Notes: generated by a model from the letters alone, not told the origin. Shown: positions 42,487-54,871, counted from the first letter of the stretch. The stretch is 64,000 bases of DNA from an uncultured Chloroflexia bacterium (GCA_963751345.1 CAVVUS010000010.1:160001-224000); one strand, 5' to 3'. Numbers and translations: made by a program.

Positions 42487-43659
42487 CTACTTGTCGTTGA
42501 GCGCGGCAATGCCGGGCAGCGTTTTCCCCTCAAGGAATTCGAGACTGGCCCCCCCGCCCGTGGACACGTGGCTCACCTTATCCGCGACGCCGGCCTGGTT
42601 CACGGCTGAGGCGGAGTCGCCACCGCCGATGATGGTTACGGCATCAAGGTCCGCCAATGCATGTGCGATAGCGAAGGTGCCCTTGGCGAAGTTGGGCATC
42701 TCGAAGACACCCATCGGGCCGTTCCATACCACGGTCTTGGCATCGGCTAGCTTCCGGATGAAGAGCTCGACGGTCTGGGGACCGATGTCCAGGATCCGCC
42801 AACCCGCCCCGACGTCGTTCACGCTGACCACCTTCGTGGCTGCGTTGTTGTCAAAAGCATCTGCCACGACGGCATCCACCGGGAGCACCAACTTCCCCCC
42901 TGCCTTGGCCATCAGCTCCTTAGCCGTGTCCAGGACATCGTCCTCGACCAGCGAGTCGCCCATCGCCAGTCCCTGGGCCTTGAGGAAGGTGTTGGCCATA
43001 CCTCCCCCGATCAAGATGGCGTCGGCCTTTGAAAGCATGTTCTCGATCACACCGATCTTGTCGGAGATCTTCGCGCCACCCAGGATGACAACGTAGGGAT
43101 GCTCGGCGTCTCCCGTGGCTTTTCCGAGGTACGTGATCTCCTTCTCAATCAGGAAACCGGCCACCGCGGGCAGCCTTTCGGCGACGCCGACGGTGCTGGC
43201 GTGTGCACGGTGGGCGGAACCAAACGCATCGTTGACGTAGACATCGCCCAGGCGGGCCATTTTGTCAGCCAGATCCGGCGCGTTCTTGGTCTCGCCGGGA
43301 TAGAAGCGGGTATTTTCCAGAAGCATGACGTCGCCTGGCTTCATAGCCTTGGCAAGTGCTTCTACCTCATCGCCCACGACATCAGGGGCCATTGTGACCG
43401 TCTTTCCCAGGAGTTCGCCGAGCCGGTCGGCGACGGGCTTCAGGCTGAACTTGGGATCGGGGCCGTTCTTGGGACGGCCGAGGTGCGACATCAAGATGAG
43501 CGATGCGCCGTGATCAAGGATGTAGTTGATCGTCGGCAGCGCCGCTCGAATGCGGGTATCGTCGGTGATCGTGCTGCCCTCAAGGGGCACGTTGAAGTCT
43601 GCCCGCATCAGGACCCGCTTGCCCTGGAGGTCAATGTCACGAACCGTTTTCTTGTCCAT
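42487..43659 (-). CDS. pgk: Phosphoglycerate kinase
   Basis: [33 protein letters not shown]. Confidence 0.98.
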   Translation of the reverse strand: MDKKTVRDIDLQGKRVLMRADFNVPLEGSTITDDTRIRAALPTINYILDHGASLILMSHLGRPKNGPDPKFSLKPVADRLGELLGKTVTMAPDVVGDEVEALAKAMKPGDVMLLENTRFYPGETKNAPDLADKMARLGDVYVNDAFGSAHRAHASTVGVAERLPAVAGFLIEKEITYLGKATGDAEHPYVVILGGAKISDKIGVIENMLSKADAILIGGGMANTFLKAQGLAMGDSLVEDDVLDTAKELMAKAGGKLVLPVDAVVADAFDNNAATKVVSVNDVGAGWRILDIGPQTVELFIRKLADAKTVVWNGPMGVFEMPNFAKGTFAIAHALADLDAVTIIGGGDSASAVNQAGVADKVSHVSTGGGASLEFLEGKTLPGIAALNDK

Positions 43660-43736
43660 AGTGTCTCCTTACCTAGCAAAAAGGGATAAGGAGACTCTCC
43701 TTATCCCTTCCTTACGGATTGCTTGCAGGATTCCTT

Positions 43737-44774
<1,038 letters not shown>

Positions 44775-44840
44775 TTAACTGAGTAGAGATCCAAGATTGA
44801 TGGCTAAACGTACGTGTAGTCATCAATCACACATCCCCAA

Positions 44841-46130
44841 TCACTGTGCGATCAGCGCAAGCAGTATCTTGGCTAGTTTCTCGCTGTCGTGATGCCCGGC
44901 CAACGTCTCATCGACGAGGTCGGCCCGTATGACGCGCACGTGGTCGGACTCGACAAAGTCCGGAACGACCCAATCTATGCCTTCCAGCGCCGGAATCCCG
45001 GTTGGCGTGCGGTCATTGATGATCACAGTGTCGATCACGTCCTCGCCGATATGTTGCTTCAGTGCGTCAAAGTGTTCTTGTGCACAATAGTGATCGGTTT
45101 CACCCGGCTGTGTCGCCACGTTGCATACGTAAACCCTGTGGGCGTCAGTAGCCCTTAGCGCTTCCAGAATTTGCGGCACGAGCAGGTTGGGCAGAATACT
45201 GGTGAAGAGACTGCCGGGCCCGATGACAATCATCTCTGCCGATAGGATGGCCTGTATTACGCCCGGATAGGCGTGCGGGGGGCTTGGATCCAGAGTGACC
45301 CGAAGAATGCGCCCGCCGACCTCAGGAATCCTGGATTCTCCACACACACGGACCGCTGTCTCACCATCCTGGCTGATATCGGCACACAGTACCACGGCTT
45401 GCAGCGTGCTGGGAAGAACTCGACCCTGCACGGCCAGAACCTGACTTGACTCTCTCAGGGCAGCCTCGAAGGACCCCGTGATCCCGGCCATTGCCGTGAT
45501 GAAGAGATTCCCAAAGCTGTGTCCGCTTAGGTCTTTGCCCTGGGCATACCTGTATTGGAAGAGCCGCGTAACAAGCGACTCGTCGTCAGCCAGGGCCGCG
45601 ATGCAGTTACGGAAGTCCCCCGGCGGCAGGATACCGATCTCGCGGCTCAGCCGTCCGGACGATCCGCCGTCGTCAGCCACCGTGACCACAGCCGTCAGAT
45701 TCGACGTGTAGGACTTGAGTCCCCGCAGGGCCGTGGCCTGGCCATGCCCGCCACCGATAACGACCACCTCGGGGCCCCGTTCGCGCCGGCGATAGTCGTG
45801 GAGGACCGTTGGGACGGGCACGTGGTTTCCGACGATGAAGGGCTCGAGGATGGCACGGTTCAAGCCCCAGACCCCGTACGAGAGTACCCAGAGCCCCAGC
45901 ACGAAGGTCAGCCCCGCCCTTAGCCACGGCGGCAAGAATTGGAGCGTCAAATAGTAAAAGTACTGTGGGAGGGGATAGAATGCACGCAGAGCTACCGCAC
46001 CGCTCAGGCTCAGCAGCCCAACACCGAGGGCCAATATGATCAGCCAACGCTTGACGCCGATGCCTGGCGTAAGCCACTGCAGGTGGGTTTGCCAGCTCTG
46101 CGTTGCAGCTTGGAGAACCCTCCGCTTCAT
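44841..46130 (-). CDS. yvcK: YvcK/CofD-like gluconeogenesis factor with N-terminal TM segments
   Basis: [37 protein letters not shown]. Confidence 0.88.
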   Translation of the reverse strand: MKRRVLQAATQSWQTHLQWLTPGIGVKRWLIILALGVGLLSLSGAVALRAFYPLPQYFYYLTLQFLPPWLRAGLTFVLGLWVLSYGVWGLNRAILEPFIVGNHVPVPTVLHDYRRRERGPEVVVIGGGHGQATALRGLKSYTSNLTAVVTVADDGGSSGRLSREIGILPPGDFRNCIAALADDESLVTRLFQYRYAQGKDLSGHSFGNLFITAMAGITGSFEAALRESSQVLAVQGRVLPSTLQAVVLCADISQDGETAVRVCGESRIPEVGGRILRVTLDPSPPHAYPGVIQAILSAEMIVIGPGSLFTSILPNLLVPQILEALRATDAHRVYVCNVATQPGETDHYCAQEHFDALKQHIGEDVIDTVIINDRTPTGIPALEGIDWVVPDFVESDHVRVIRADLVDETLAGHHDSEKLAKILLALIAQ

Positions 46131-46182
46131 CGCAGAAATTATACCTAGATTAGCAAACGTGTCAAACGAGCGCTAACCAAAC

Positions 46183-46234
46183 AGAGAGCCCAAAGTCACG
46201 CCCGAGCTAGCTCGGGGCATGACTTTGGGCTCTC
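46183..46234 (-). terminator. Long hairpin downstream of rsfS
   Basis: AGAGAGCCCAAAGTCA...TGACTTTGGGCTCTCT. Confidence 0.6.
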
Positions 46235-46261
46235 TGTGGCTTCAAAAGTAGATCTTCACGG

Positions 46262-46612
46262 CTATTGAATGTGAGCGACGACCCGAGCGTTTTTCCAGAG
46301 ATCCTCGAGGCGATAGAAGTCGCGCATTTCGTCGGTAAATAGATGTACGATCACACTGTTGTAGTCGATCAGAATCCATCCCGATTCCGGATCACCTTCC
46401 ACATTGACCGCAAGTTGTCGAACGTCTTCCTGCTTCAGAGCCTCTCGTATCGCGCTCTGCAGAGCATCCAACTGGCGCCGGCTGCCTGCAGTGCAGATGA
46501 CGAAGTAGTCGGTGAAGGTCGTCACCTCAGTCAGGTCAAGGATGAGCGTATCCTCTCCTTGTTTCTCGACAATGATCTCGGCAATCTGGCTGGCTAGTTC
46601 TCTACTCTCCAC
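46262..46612 (-). CDS. rsfS: Ribosome silencing factor
   Basis: TDYFVICT, WILIDY..VIVHLF, RDFYRLEDLW. Confidence 0.93.
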   Translation of the reverse strand: MESRELASQIAEIIVEKQGEDTLILDLTEVTTFTDYFVICTAGSRRQLDALQSAIREALKQEDVRQLAVNVEGDPESGWILIDYNSVIVHLFTDEMRDFYRLEDLWKNARVVAHIQ

Positions 46613-46656
46613 TCCACCTCCTCTGTTTCACAACAGCGTGCGCAGGGCCCAGATCC

Positions 46657-47142
46657 CTACTGCTGTAGCAGCAGCATCTGCACGCGCGTCGTCTGGGACA
46701 AATCGTTGTCCTGCATACTGATGGTCACCCGGCTCTTGCCCATCTGCATGTTGAGCGTTGCCAGATGCCCCATCACAGTTGGCTGGCCCAATGGTTCCCA
46801 ACCCTTGGCCTTGAGTTCAGTCTGGATATAGTCCATTGTTTCAGCGACCATTCCGGGCACGACATAGACGTAGGTACCGGCAGCATCGTTGGCCTGAACG
46901 TCCATGGCATCAGGATGAAGCACGAGGATGTCAGGAAAGGTACTGCTCGCCTCTTCCGCACCGCCGGCGGTATCCGCAGTGGCATCAGGCTGGTCGTCGA
47001 CAACCACAGCCTGGCCGTTGCCGGCAACCGTGTCGCCCTGTGTGGTTGGGCTGCTTGTGGCCCCCCCGGCACAAGCAGCTAACAAGAGGGTGACACCCAT
47101 GACGACCCCCAAAAAGATGCGTAGATTCCTCTTCCTCTCCAT
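46657..47142 (-). CDS. Putative lipoprotein of unknown function
   Basis: Basic N-terminus, hydrophobic core, LLAAC lipobox; ATG 47142. Confidence 0.65.
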   Translation of the reverse strand: MERKRNLRIFLGVVMGVTLLLAACAGGATSSPTTQGDTVAGNGQAVVVDDQPDATADTAGGAEEASSTFPDILVLHPDAMDVQANDAAGTYVYVVPGMVAETMDYIQTELKAKGWEPLGQPTVMGHLATLNMQMGKSRVTISMQDNDLSQTTRVQMLLLQQ

Positions 47143-47281
47143 GACTTTCCTCCTGGCGTGGGACTGAATGGTAACGATCGTATCATAACATAGAATGAAG
47201 GCCGAAACCAACAACTCGACGGCTGCACAAATCGCGGCCGTCGAGGCTACGTCCCTGTGACGAGGAATACCCCTGTATGGG

Positions 47282-48280
47282 CTACATCGGCTCGCTGAGG
47301 AGCGAAAGGAGTACCTCGATGCCGTGCTCGACATCCGCTTCGTCGACCATCTCGGATGTGGAGTGGACGTAGCGACATGGCACACTCAGACAGCCGCTGG
47401 GTATGCCGGATCGCACGAGCTGCATGGCGGCAGCGTCGGTGGTGCCTCCCAGGAGGATCTCCATCTGGTAGGGAACGTGCGCTCGTTCCGCCGCATCGAT
47501 CAGACCATCCCTGACCTTGGGATGGGCAATCATGCCGCCATCTTTGACCTTGATGGCCGGGCCCTCGCCGAGGCTGACGTCCATCGGGAGCGACTTCGGG
47601 AGATCACCGGTCGCCGTGACGTCCACCGAGATCGCGATATCGGGATCGGCTCGGTAAGCTGACGTCCGGGCGCCGGACAGCGTGATCTCCTCCTGCGTCG
47701 TGAAGGCGAAAGCGACGTCGTGAGCGGGTGCTTTTAGCCGGCGCATGACCTCGATCAGGATGTAACACCCAATCCGATCGTCAAGGGCTTTGCTCATCAG
47801 GCGCGTACCTTGCTGGACCAGGGGGCCGACGAAGCTCGCCGTGTCTCCAACGTGGACCGGGCAAGACGCGCGATCCTGAGCACCCACATCGAGATAGAGA
47901 TGGTGCAGGAGCGGCAGCTTGGATGCGTCATCGCGTCGTTCCACATACATAGGGCCCGTGATCCCATTGGCGAATCTTGCTCGCCCGCCAACGCAGTTTA
48001 TGGCTCGGACGCCACCGATGGAGGTGAAGCGCACGAACCCTTTCTCTTCCACGTGGGTTACCATGAGCCCGATCTCGTCCATATGAGCGGCCAGCAGGAT
48101 TCGCTGGCCCCCATCTGTGGATTTTGAAGCCCTGCGATGGGCTACCAGGCTGCCCAAGGCATCCACACGTGTCTCGTCCGCGATTGCCTCAATCGCCGCG
48201 CCGATGACAGCACGGATTTCATCTTCGTAGCCGGATGGCCCGAACGTCTGGGTGAGTTTCTCTAGCAGTGGCAGGTCCAA
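47282..48280 (-). CDS. M42 family (TET) aminopeptidase, third of three
   Basis: AHMDEIG, KALDDR, QEE, GTTDAAA, RYVHS. Confidence 0.9.
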   Translation of the reverse strand: MDLPLLEKLTQTFGPSGYEDEIRAVIGAAIEAIADETRVDALGSLVAHRRASKSTDGGQRILLAAHMDEIGLMVTHVEEKGFVRFTSIGGVRAINCVGGRARFANGITGPMYVERRDDASKLPLLHHLYLDVGAQDRASCPVHVGDTASFVGPLVQQGTRLMSKALDDRIGCYILIEVMRRLKAPAHDVAFAFTTQEEITLSGARTSAYRADPDIAISVDVTATGDLPKSLPMDVSLGEGPAIKVKDGGMIAHPKVRDGLIDAAERAHVPYQMEILLGGTTDAAAMQLVRSGIPSGCLSVPCRYVHSTSEMVDEADVEHGIEVLLSLLSEPM

Positions 48281-48300
48281 AGTTCTCTCCTTGTTTAGTC

Positions 48301-49345
48301 TCAAGCCGTCAGTTCACGCGGGAGCTCACGGATGGCTGCATCAACCAGACGAATGTGCTCAGCCAGGTCGTGTTCGCGCAGCAGTGAGACCGGGCTGTGG
48401 ATGTAGCGACAGGGGATTGCCACGGTAATCGAGGGTACGCCGGCCCTCGTCCGGTGAATGCCGCCCGCGTCGGTCCCGCCGATGCCCGGCTGCTTGATTT
48501 GATACTCAATGCCTTCTGTCTCGGCAACGCGCATAAAGTGCGAAAGCAATCTGGGGGGGGTGATGTACGAGCGGTCCATTGCGGTGATGGCCGGCCCTTT
48601 CCCGAGCTGTGTCGTCGGGCTCACGTCCGTCTCTTCCTTCGGGAGGTCGTCGGCCAAGGTGCCCTCCAGGGCAATACCGACATCAGGCGCCACGGCGTAG
48701 GCGGCAACCTGGGCGCCCCGTAGGCCAACTTCCTCCTGGACGGTGAAGACTCCGAAGAGATCGAACGGATAGGGTGTACCTCGCAGGAGTTCGATCAGCG
48801 CCGTGCAGCCCGCACGATCGTCAAACGCCTTGCCCATACAACTTCGACCCACGGTCTGAAACTGCGTCGCGAAGACAACCGTCCGTACCCATCGGGGCGA
48901 GTCGCTCGGCCTCTTCCCTACCGGCGGCACCGATGTCGACGACAAGTTTGTCGACAGTCGGAGCCTTGTTCAGAGTACCCTTATCCGCACGATGGATGGC
49001 CTGGAGTCCAATGACGCCCGGAAGGGAGTCCTTCCCCACCCGAACCGTCAGGCCTGGGAGCAGCCGCGAGGGGATGCCGCCCACGGTATCCACACGCAGC
49101 CCACCGTCGCTCGTATGGCCGACGACCATGAAGCCAACCTCGTCCATATGTGCCGACACGAGGACTCTCAGCCCCGAAGCTCCTGTTCCGGCTTTGCGCA
49201 CGATGAGATTCCCGATGGCATCGACGTGCATCTCATCGACGTATTCCTCTATCATCGGCCGAATGGCGCGCCGGACCTCGGTCTCGTTCCCCGAGATGCC
49301 GGGGACATTGGAGAGGGTACCCAGGCGATCTGTCAGATCACTCAT
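48301..49345 (-). CDS. M42 family aminopeptidase, second of three; frameshift near 48880
   Basis: AHMDEVG in the 5' ORF; KAFDDR, QEEVG, GTDAG, RYIHS in the 3' ORF. Confidence 0.85.
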
Positions 49346-50445
49346 CCTTCATCCTCCCATTCGGGCCGGTACCCCGGTTCCAGCCGGGTAACGAAGCCTG
49401 ACAATAGGCGCCCGGCTCGCTCGATATCGCGCAGTGCGACCACCTCGACCGGCTGGTGCATATAGCGCACCGGAATCGAGATGAGGCCCGAGGGAACCCC
49501 TTCTCTGGTAAGCTGAATCCCCCACGCATCGGTTCCGCTGGACCCGGAGAGGGGCTCGATCACGAAAGGGACCTCATCCGCCTCGGCGGCTTCCTTAAGA
49601 CGCTTCACCATATCGGGGTGGAAGTTCGGGCCAACGCCAATCGTGGGGCCTTCGCCCAACTCAAACACACCCGGGTCACTATCGCCGTGCTGCTTCGCGA
49701 AGGTCACATCCAGGGCCACGGCGATGTCTGGGTCGATACCATAGGCACTCGTGATCGCCCCTTTGATCCCGACTTCTTCTTGCACGGTGGCGACAGCGTA
49801 GAAATCCCAGGCGTGCTTCCGGTGCCGCAGGGCCTCCAGTGCCAGGGTGAGGGCCGCCACCGAGGCCCGGTTATCGAAAGCCTTGCCGGCAGCGCGCCCG
49901 TTCTTCAAGGCGACCAACGGCTGTCGCACGGTTACATAGTCGCCTACTCTCACACGCGCTTTGACTTCCTCGGCGGAGAGCCCGAGGTCGACGAAGATCT
50001 CGTGCCACGGCAGCACGTCCTGGCGCTCCGAGGCCGGCAGGACGTGGGGCGGACGGCTTCCGATCACGCCTGGCAGGCAGCCTGCAGGTTCGCCTGTCAG
50101 GCCGCCTGACGGTTCGCCGGGCAGATCCTCACGACCGTGCACGCAGACTTCCAGCCCCAGCAGCACGCGCCTGTCCACGCCGCCGAGGGCGTGAAGATGT
50201 AGGAACTCATTCTCGATACCGGTGACGATCAGCCCAATCTCATCGATGTGTGCGGCTGCCATCACGGTCTGTCGTGGTGCGGGCCCGGTGCCTCGCTGTA
50301 CGGCGACGAGACTCCCCATCGCATCAACGCGGATCTCGTCGACGAAGGGCAGCCACAGCTCTCGCACGACGTTGCAGACTGATTCCTCGTATCCGGTAGG
50401 GCCAGTAGCCTCGGACAATAGGGTGAGTAAGTTCAGTGTCTCCAA
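49342..50445 (-). CDS. M42 family aminopeptidase, first of three
   Basis: AHIDEIG, KAFDNR, QEEVG, GTDAW, RYMHQ. Confidence 0.9.
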   Translation of the reverse strand: METLNLLTLLSEATGPTGYEESVCNVVRELWLPFVDEIRVDAMGSLVAVQRGTGPAPRQTVMAAAHIDEIGLIVTGIENEFLHLHALGGVDRRVLLGLEVCVHGREDLPGEPSGGLTGEPAGCLPGVIGSRPPHVLPASERQDVLPWHEIFVDLGLSAEEVKARVRVGDYVTVRQPLVALKNGRAAGKAFDNRASVAALTLALEALRHRKHAWDFYAVATVQEEVGIKGAITSAYGIDPDIAVALDVTFAKQHGDSDPGVFELGEGPTIGVGPNFHPDMVKRLKEAAEADEVPFVIEPLSGSSGTDAWGIQLTREGVPSGLISIPVRYMHQPVEVVALRDIERAGRLLSGFVTRLEPGYRPEWEDEG

Positions 50446-50466
50446 AGGGCTCCTCTCCGGCTTAGC

Positions 50467-51060
50467 TCAGGGTGTGATCACGACCGTGTCGGTAATCGAG
50501 GGGGTCGCGGTGAACGTCGCCGTGGGCAAGGGCGTCCAGGTTGCCGTGGGCAATCCCGTCGTTGGCGTCAAGGTGGGGGTAGGTGTCGGCGTGGATGTGG
50601 ACGTATTCGGTGCAGGGGTCATGGTGAATGTCGGTGATGGTGTAAAGGTTGCCGTGCCTGTGGCCGTTGCTGTAGCCGTGGCCGTTGACGTACCCGTGGG
50701 GAGCGGCGTCTCGGTCGATGTTGGGGTTGGCGTCTCGGTCGGCGTCTCGGTGGCTGTCGGCGTCTCGGTGGCCGTCGGCGTCTCAGTTGACGTTGGGGTC
50801 GCCGTGCGTGTGGGTGGGAACCACTGAGTCGGCGTCGGCTCGAGTGTCTTGTCAGGCGTACCGGTGCCCGGTCCAACTTCAAACGGCGTTGGGCTGGCCG
50901 GTGGCGTCGATGTCGTGGTGGGTGTAGGTGACGCCTCCGGCGTCGCAGAAGGAGGACGAATCGCCAGTGCCACGAATCCGAGGCAATAACACGGAATCGT
51001 GGCGATGATGATAGCGATCAGCACGGTATAGATCGGCTTCTGCTCGCGCAGCTTTTCCAT
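50467..51060 (-). CDS. Membrane-anchored Thr/Pro-rich low-complexity protein
   Basis: N-terminal TM with CYC, then TPTATE-type repeats. Confidence 0.7.
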   Translation of the reverse strand: MEKLREQKPIYTVLIAIIIATIPCYCLGFVALAIRPPSATPEASPTPTTTSTPPASPTPFEVGPGTGTPDKTLEPTPTQWFPPTRTATPTSTETPTATETPTATETPTETPTPTSTETPLPTGTSTATATATATGTATFTPSPTFTMTPAPNTSTSTPTPTPTLTPTTGLPTATWTPLPTATFTATPSITDTVVITP

Positions 51061-51071
51061 TGGCGGATCGA

Positions 51072-51359
51072 TCAGTCCAGAAGCGTCTGCGCATCGTCGA
51101 TGATGTGCCGGCCCGCGGCTACCTCGTCGACGGAGTGGATCGCGCCTCCCATCTCCTCAATCAGACGCGAGACGACATCGAAGTCGACGGCCTCTCCCTC
51201 AATCGTGATCTTTGCATTCTCGACTTTGCGGTCCATCTCGTAGATGCTGATATTGACGGCGGAAATCCCCTCCAGATCGCTGAGTTGGTCTGCCAGCTCG
51301 ATAATGCTTGGCTCGTGAGGTTTCAGCGTGTCCAATACCAGCCTTCTGATCCTTCCCAT
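51072..51359 (-). CDS. DUF211 family protein
   Basis: [14 protein letters not shown]...[13 protein letters not shown]. Confidence 0.85.
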   Translation of the reverse strand: MGRIRRLVLDTLKPHEPSIIELADQLSDLEGISAVNISIYEMDRKVENAKITIEGEAVDFDVVSRLIEEMGGAIHSVDEVAAGRHIIDDAQTLLD

Positions 51360-51413
51360 ATCTCTCCTCGCTCTTCTCGACCGATCCACATCTCGCGCGG
51401 CGCTCAGACGTAC

Positions 51414-51548
51414 AAAAAAAGACTCAGTCGTCCGGAGCCCGCATCGCCTGCCGCACCGGACAACAGGATGGCCCTGCTGTTAGGACGGGGCGCCCCTCCG
51501 TTAGTCCCGGTCGCGGTACGCTCGATGCCTTGGCACTTACTGAGTCTT
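51414..51548 (-). ncRNA. Candidate ~130-nt structured RNA upstream of DUF211
   Basis: 10-bp closing stem AAGACTCAGT/ACTGAGTCTT, nested helices, U-run, upstream promoter-like TTGCAT-N16-TATCAT. Confidence 0.4.
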
Positions 51549-51620
51549 CTCACACTTCAATGTGTCCCAATGATAGTACGAATCACGCCAGATGCAAGTA
51601 TTCGCGAGTGGGGGAAACAC

Positions 51621-51651
51621 AAAAAAGCCGTCTGGGGTCTCCAGACGGCTT
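51621..51651 (-). terminator. Intrinsic terminator of csp
   Basis: AAGCCGTCTGG-AGACC-CCAGACGGCTT followed by a T-run on the minus strand. Confidence 0.85.
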
Positions 51652-51678
51652 CACTATAGGCTGGCGCGCGAGATCGCG

Positions 51679-51888
51679 CTACAGGGCAACGACGTTGCTC
51701 GCCTGAAGTCCCTTGTCGGTCTCTTCGAGGGAGAACTCCACCTGCTGGCCCTCCACCAACTTCTTGAAGCCTTCGGACTGAATTGCCGAATAATGTACGA
51801 ACACGTCCTCGTTGCCTTCTCGGGAAATGAAACCGTATCCCTTCGCGGCGTTAAACCACTTGACAACACCAATCTCTCGCTCACTCAT
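51679..51888 (-). CDS. Cold-shock protein (CspA family)
   Basis: [24 protein letters not shown]; TTGACA-N16-TATAAA promoter at 52029-52056 implies a ~130-nt 5'UTR. Confidence 0.96.
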   Translation of the reverse strand: MSEREIGVVKWFNAAKGYGFISREGNEDVFVHYSAIQSEGFKKLVEGQQVEFSLEETDKGLQASNVVAL

Positions 51889-52228
51889 CGCTATATGCTT
51901 CCTTTCAACATCGCGAATTTCAGGATGCCTGAGTTCTCCAATCCAGTCCACAGAAAACGCCCGGATTCCGATTAACGCAGATCCAGGCGCTGCCCGACTC
52001 AGGATTTGGCTGCATCCAACTGGCGAGATTTATACCAGATTCAGCCAATCTGTCAACTTGCTGCAAACGCGTTGTTAGGTAGACTCGTGACGGGTACCGT
52101 CAGAAGTGGCAGGCGGTTTGGCCGTGACGTGAGCCGGCTCAGCCTGCCTCTGTTGTTGTTTGTTGGAAGTGGTATCTAATGTCGGTGCCCAAGGATTCTG
52201 TTAAGGCGCGATCAAGGGGGCGAATACT

Positions 52229-53605
52229 GTGATTAGCACGAACACCGGAATCTCTGGAAGGGAATTGCTGCTGAGGACCCTTCGCCATGAGCAGACTGAC
52301 CGCATCCCCTGGGTACCCTTTGCGGGCGTGCACGCCGGCAAGCTCGTGGGGTACTCGGGGCAGGAGCTCCTTACCGATAGTGACAAACTGATCGAGGCTC
52401 TCCTGGCTGTAAATCGTACCTACGACCCCGACGGACAGCCCGTGGTCTTCGACCTACAGATTGAGGCCGAGATCTTGGGGTGTGATCTTCTCTGGGCAGA
52501 CAAAGCGCCCCCCACCGTCGCTTCCCATCCGCTCGCGGCCTCGATGACCCTCCCCGATCGGTTGCCGGAGCCTTCAGATGGGCGCTTACCGATGATCCTG
52601 GACGCGATGCGGAGGATGAAGGCGGAAGTCGGTGGGCGGACGGCGCTCTACGGCTTGGTCACCGGCATCCTGACGCTGGCCTCCCACCTACGGGGCACCG
52701 AGATCTTCATGGATATGTACGATCATCCGGAGTACCTCGGGCAGTTGCTCGCCTTCAGCCGTGACGTCGCCAAGCGCATAGCAGCGTTCTACATCGAAGC
52801 GGGCATGGACGTCATCGCCATCGTGGACCCCCTGGTCTCCCAGATCTCTCCCCGCCATTTCCGAAAGCTGCTCTCCGAGCCCTATCAGGACGTCTTCGAT
52901 TTCATCCGGGAGCAGGGCGTCTTCTCCTCGTTCTTTGTGTGCGGGGATGCCACCAAGAACGTCGAGGTGATGTGCCAGACGGGTCCGGATTCAATCTCAA
53001 TCGACGAGAATATCGATCTCGCGGGGGCCAAGGAGATCACCGACCGCTACAATATCATCATTGGTGGCAATATCCCCCTGACTACCCACATGTTGTTGGG
53101 CAACCAGCAGGACAACATGAAATTCGTGGTTGACCTCCTCGACAAGATCGACCCGCGCAACTTCATCCTGGCACCGGGATGTGATATGCCGTACGACGTG
53201 CCCACCGAGAATGTGGTCGGTGTGGTGCAGGCCGTCAGGGACCCCGAAGGGACCCGGGCGATGCTGGCGAACTACCAGGCCGAGGAAATGGATCTGGACG
53301 CTGTGCATCTGCCCGACTATGCCAACCTTGACAAGCCTCTGGTCGAGGTGTTCACTCTGGATTCGGATACGTGTGCTGCGTGTGGCTACATGAAGGACGC
53401 GGCGCAGCGAGCAGCCCAGGAGTTGGGCGGGCGCGTGAACATGATCGAGTACAAATTCACAGAGAAGGCGAATGTGGCCCGCGTCGTGAAGATGGGAGTC
53501 AAGAACCTCCCGAGCATCTACATCAATGGAGAGTTGGCCTACTCCTCGCTGATCCCGAGCAACCGGGAGTTGGTCGAGAAAATCAAGCACCGTCTTGAGG
53601 AATAG
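52229..53605 (+). CDS. MtaA/CmuA-like (URO-D fold) methyltransferase fused to a C-terminal thioredoxin-like CxxC domain
   Basis: EAEILGC, FVCGD, GGNIP, LAPGCDMP; C-terminal CAAC...NLPS. Confidence 0.75.
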   Translation: MISTNTGISGRELLLRTLRHEQTDRIPWVPFAGVHAGKLVGYSGQELLTDSDKLIEALLAVNRTYDPDGQPVVFDLQIEAEILGCDLLWADKAPPTVASHPLAASMTLPDRLPEPSDGRLPMILDAMRRMKAEVGGRTALYGLVTGILTLASHLRGTEIFMDMYDHPEYLGQLLAFSRDVAKRIAAFYIEAGMDVIAIVDPLVSQISPRHFRKLLSEPYQDVFDFIREQGVFSSFFVCGDATKNVEVMCQTGPDSISIDENIDLAGAKEITDRYNIIIGGNIPLTTHMLLGNQQDNMKFVVDLLDKIDPRNFILAPGCDMPYDVPTENVVGVVQAVRDPEGTRAMLANYQAEEMDLDAVHLPDYANLDKPLVEVFTLDSDTCAACGYMKDAAQRAAQELGGRVNMIEYKFTEKANVARVVKMGVKNLPSIYINGELAYSSLIPSNRELVEKIKHRLEE

Positions 53606-54692
53606 CTTGGATCTACATATCGTTGGGGGATTCCTGGGTAGCGGCAAAACGACCGCGATCATTGGTGCGGCAAAGCATCTCATGGCCCAGGGAAAGCGCG
53701 TTGGTGTCGTTACCAACGATCAAGGTCGGTATCTGGTGGATACGGCGTTCTTCAGGAGCGAGGCCGTTCCCGCCGTGGAGGTCACCGGAGGGTGCTTCTG
53801 CTGCAACTACGCCGACCTCGACGCACAATTGGCCCAACTCAAGGAGACGGCACAGCCGGACGTGATCTTCGCCGAATCGGTCGGGTCGTGTGCTGATATC
53901 GTGGCCACCGTCGTCAAGCCCCTACTGCAACTGCGCGAGTCTGCGGCGGGCACCCCGACCAGCTTCTCGGTCTTCGCCGATGCCCGGCTCCTGCGCCGGC
54001 GGCTGTTGGACCAGCCCATGCCCTTTGGTGACAACGTGACCTATCTCTTCGACAAACAGATCGAGGAAGCCGGGATCCTGGTGATCAATAAGCGGGATCT
54101 TCTCTCTGAGGAGGCTGTGGATGGGGTCGCGGTGTTGGCTCGCGAGCGTTTCCCCCACGCTTTGGTCCGCACGCAGAACTCGCTGGTTGAAGAGGAGGTC
54201 ATGGGGTGGATCGCTGCGATCGCACCGGGGCGAGCTCTATCTCCCGGTCGGTCGCTGGATATCGACTACGAGCGCTATGGTGCCGGTGAGGCGGCGCTGG
54301 CCTGGTTGGATGAGCGCCTGGTCTTTGAGATGTCCGAGGGCCGTGGTCGAGAGGTCGTGATTGGCTTTATGTCCGAATTGCTGCACACGTTGGAGCATCG
54401 CCGCCTCGCCATTGGGCACTTGAAGTTCATGGTGACGAGCGGGGGCGTTGAGGTCAAGATCAGCTTTCCGACGCTGGGCACAGACGATTGGAAGGCGGGA
54501 ATCCCGGAGTTGCCCGGCGGTCACGTCGAACTGATCGTCAATGCGCGCGTCGAGGCTCCTGCGCCGGTGCTGCGCCAACTCGTGCAGCAAGCCGCTGAGA
54601 GCACGGCAAGTGCGTTGGGTGTCACGTGCGAGGTTCACGATGTGGCTTCGTTCCACCCGGGGTTTCCGAGCCCGACACACCGCATCGGCTGA
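53595..54692 (+). CDS. CobW/COG0523-like G3E metallochaperone GTPase
   Basis: GGFLGSGKTT, TNDQG, GGCFCC, ESVGSC, INKRD. Confidence 0.85.
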   Translation: MRNSLDLHIVGGFLGSGKTTAIIGAAKHLMAQGKRVGVVTNDQGRYLVDTAFFRSEAVPAVEVTGGCFCCNYADLDAQLAQLKETAQPDVIFAESVGSCADIVATVVKPLLQLRESAAGTPTSFSVFADARLLRRRLLDQPMPFGDNVTYLFDKQIEEAGILVINKRDLLSEEAVDGVAVLARERFPHALVRTQNSLVEEEVMGWIAAIAPGRALSPGRSLDIDYERYGAGEAALAWLDERLVFEMSEGRGREVVIGFMSELLHTLEHRRLAIGHLKFMVTSGGVEVKISFPTLGTDDWKAGIPELPGGHVELIVNARVEAPAPVLRQLVQQAAESTASALGVTCEVHDVASFHPGFPSPTHRIG

Positions 54693-54871
54693 CCCTCACT
54701 CGTCTGTACCAGAATAGGGCGCGCGGCCCGAGGCGCGAAGGAGGCTACCGGTAGGGATAGATGTTGAGCATCGTGGTGAAGCGGTGGTTTTTGGATTTGA
54801 CTCTATTTGCTATATAATACTGGGCTAATGCTGGCCCGTCGTAAACACATCGGCTATTAGGAGGAAGCAGT

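Noticed and set aside
42425-43710. Hairpins between gap/pgk and pgk/tpiA as novel RNAs
   Set aside because: Short simple stems typical of intercistronic stabilisers or terminators
50560-50830. CRISPR array or DNA repeat element
   Set aside because: The repeats are in-frame codons for TPTATE units, with no unique spacers or cas genes
52060-52228. Cobalamin riboswitch before the corrinoid module
   Set aside because: No GGGAA...GCCACTG core or B12 box visible
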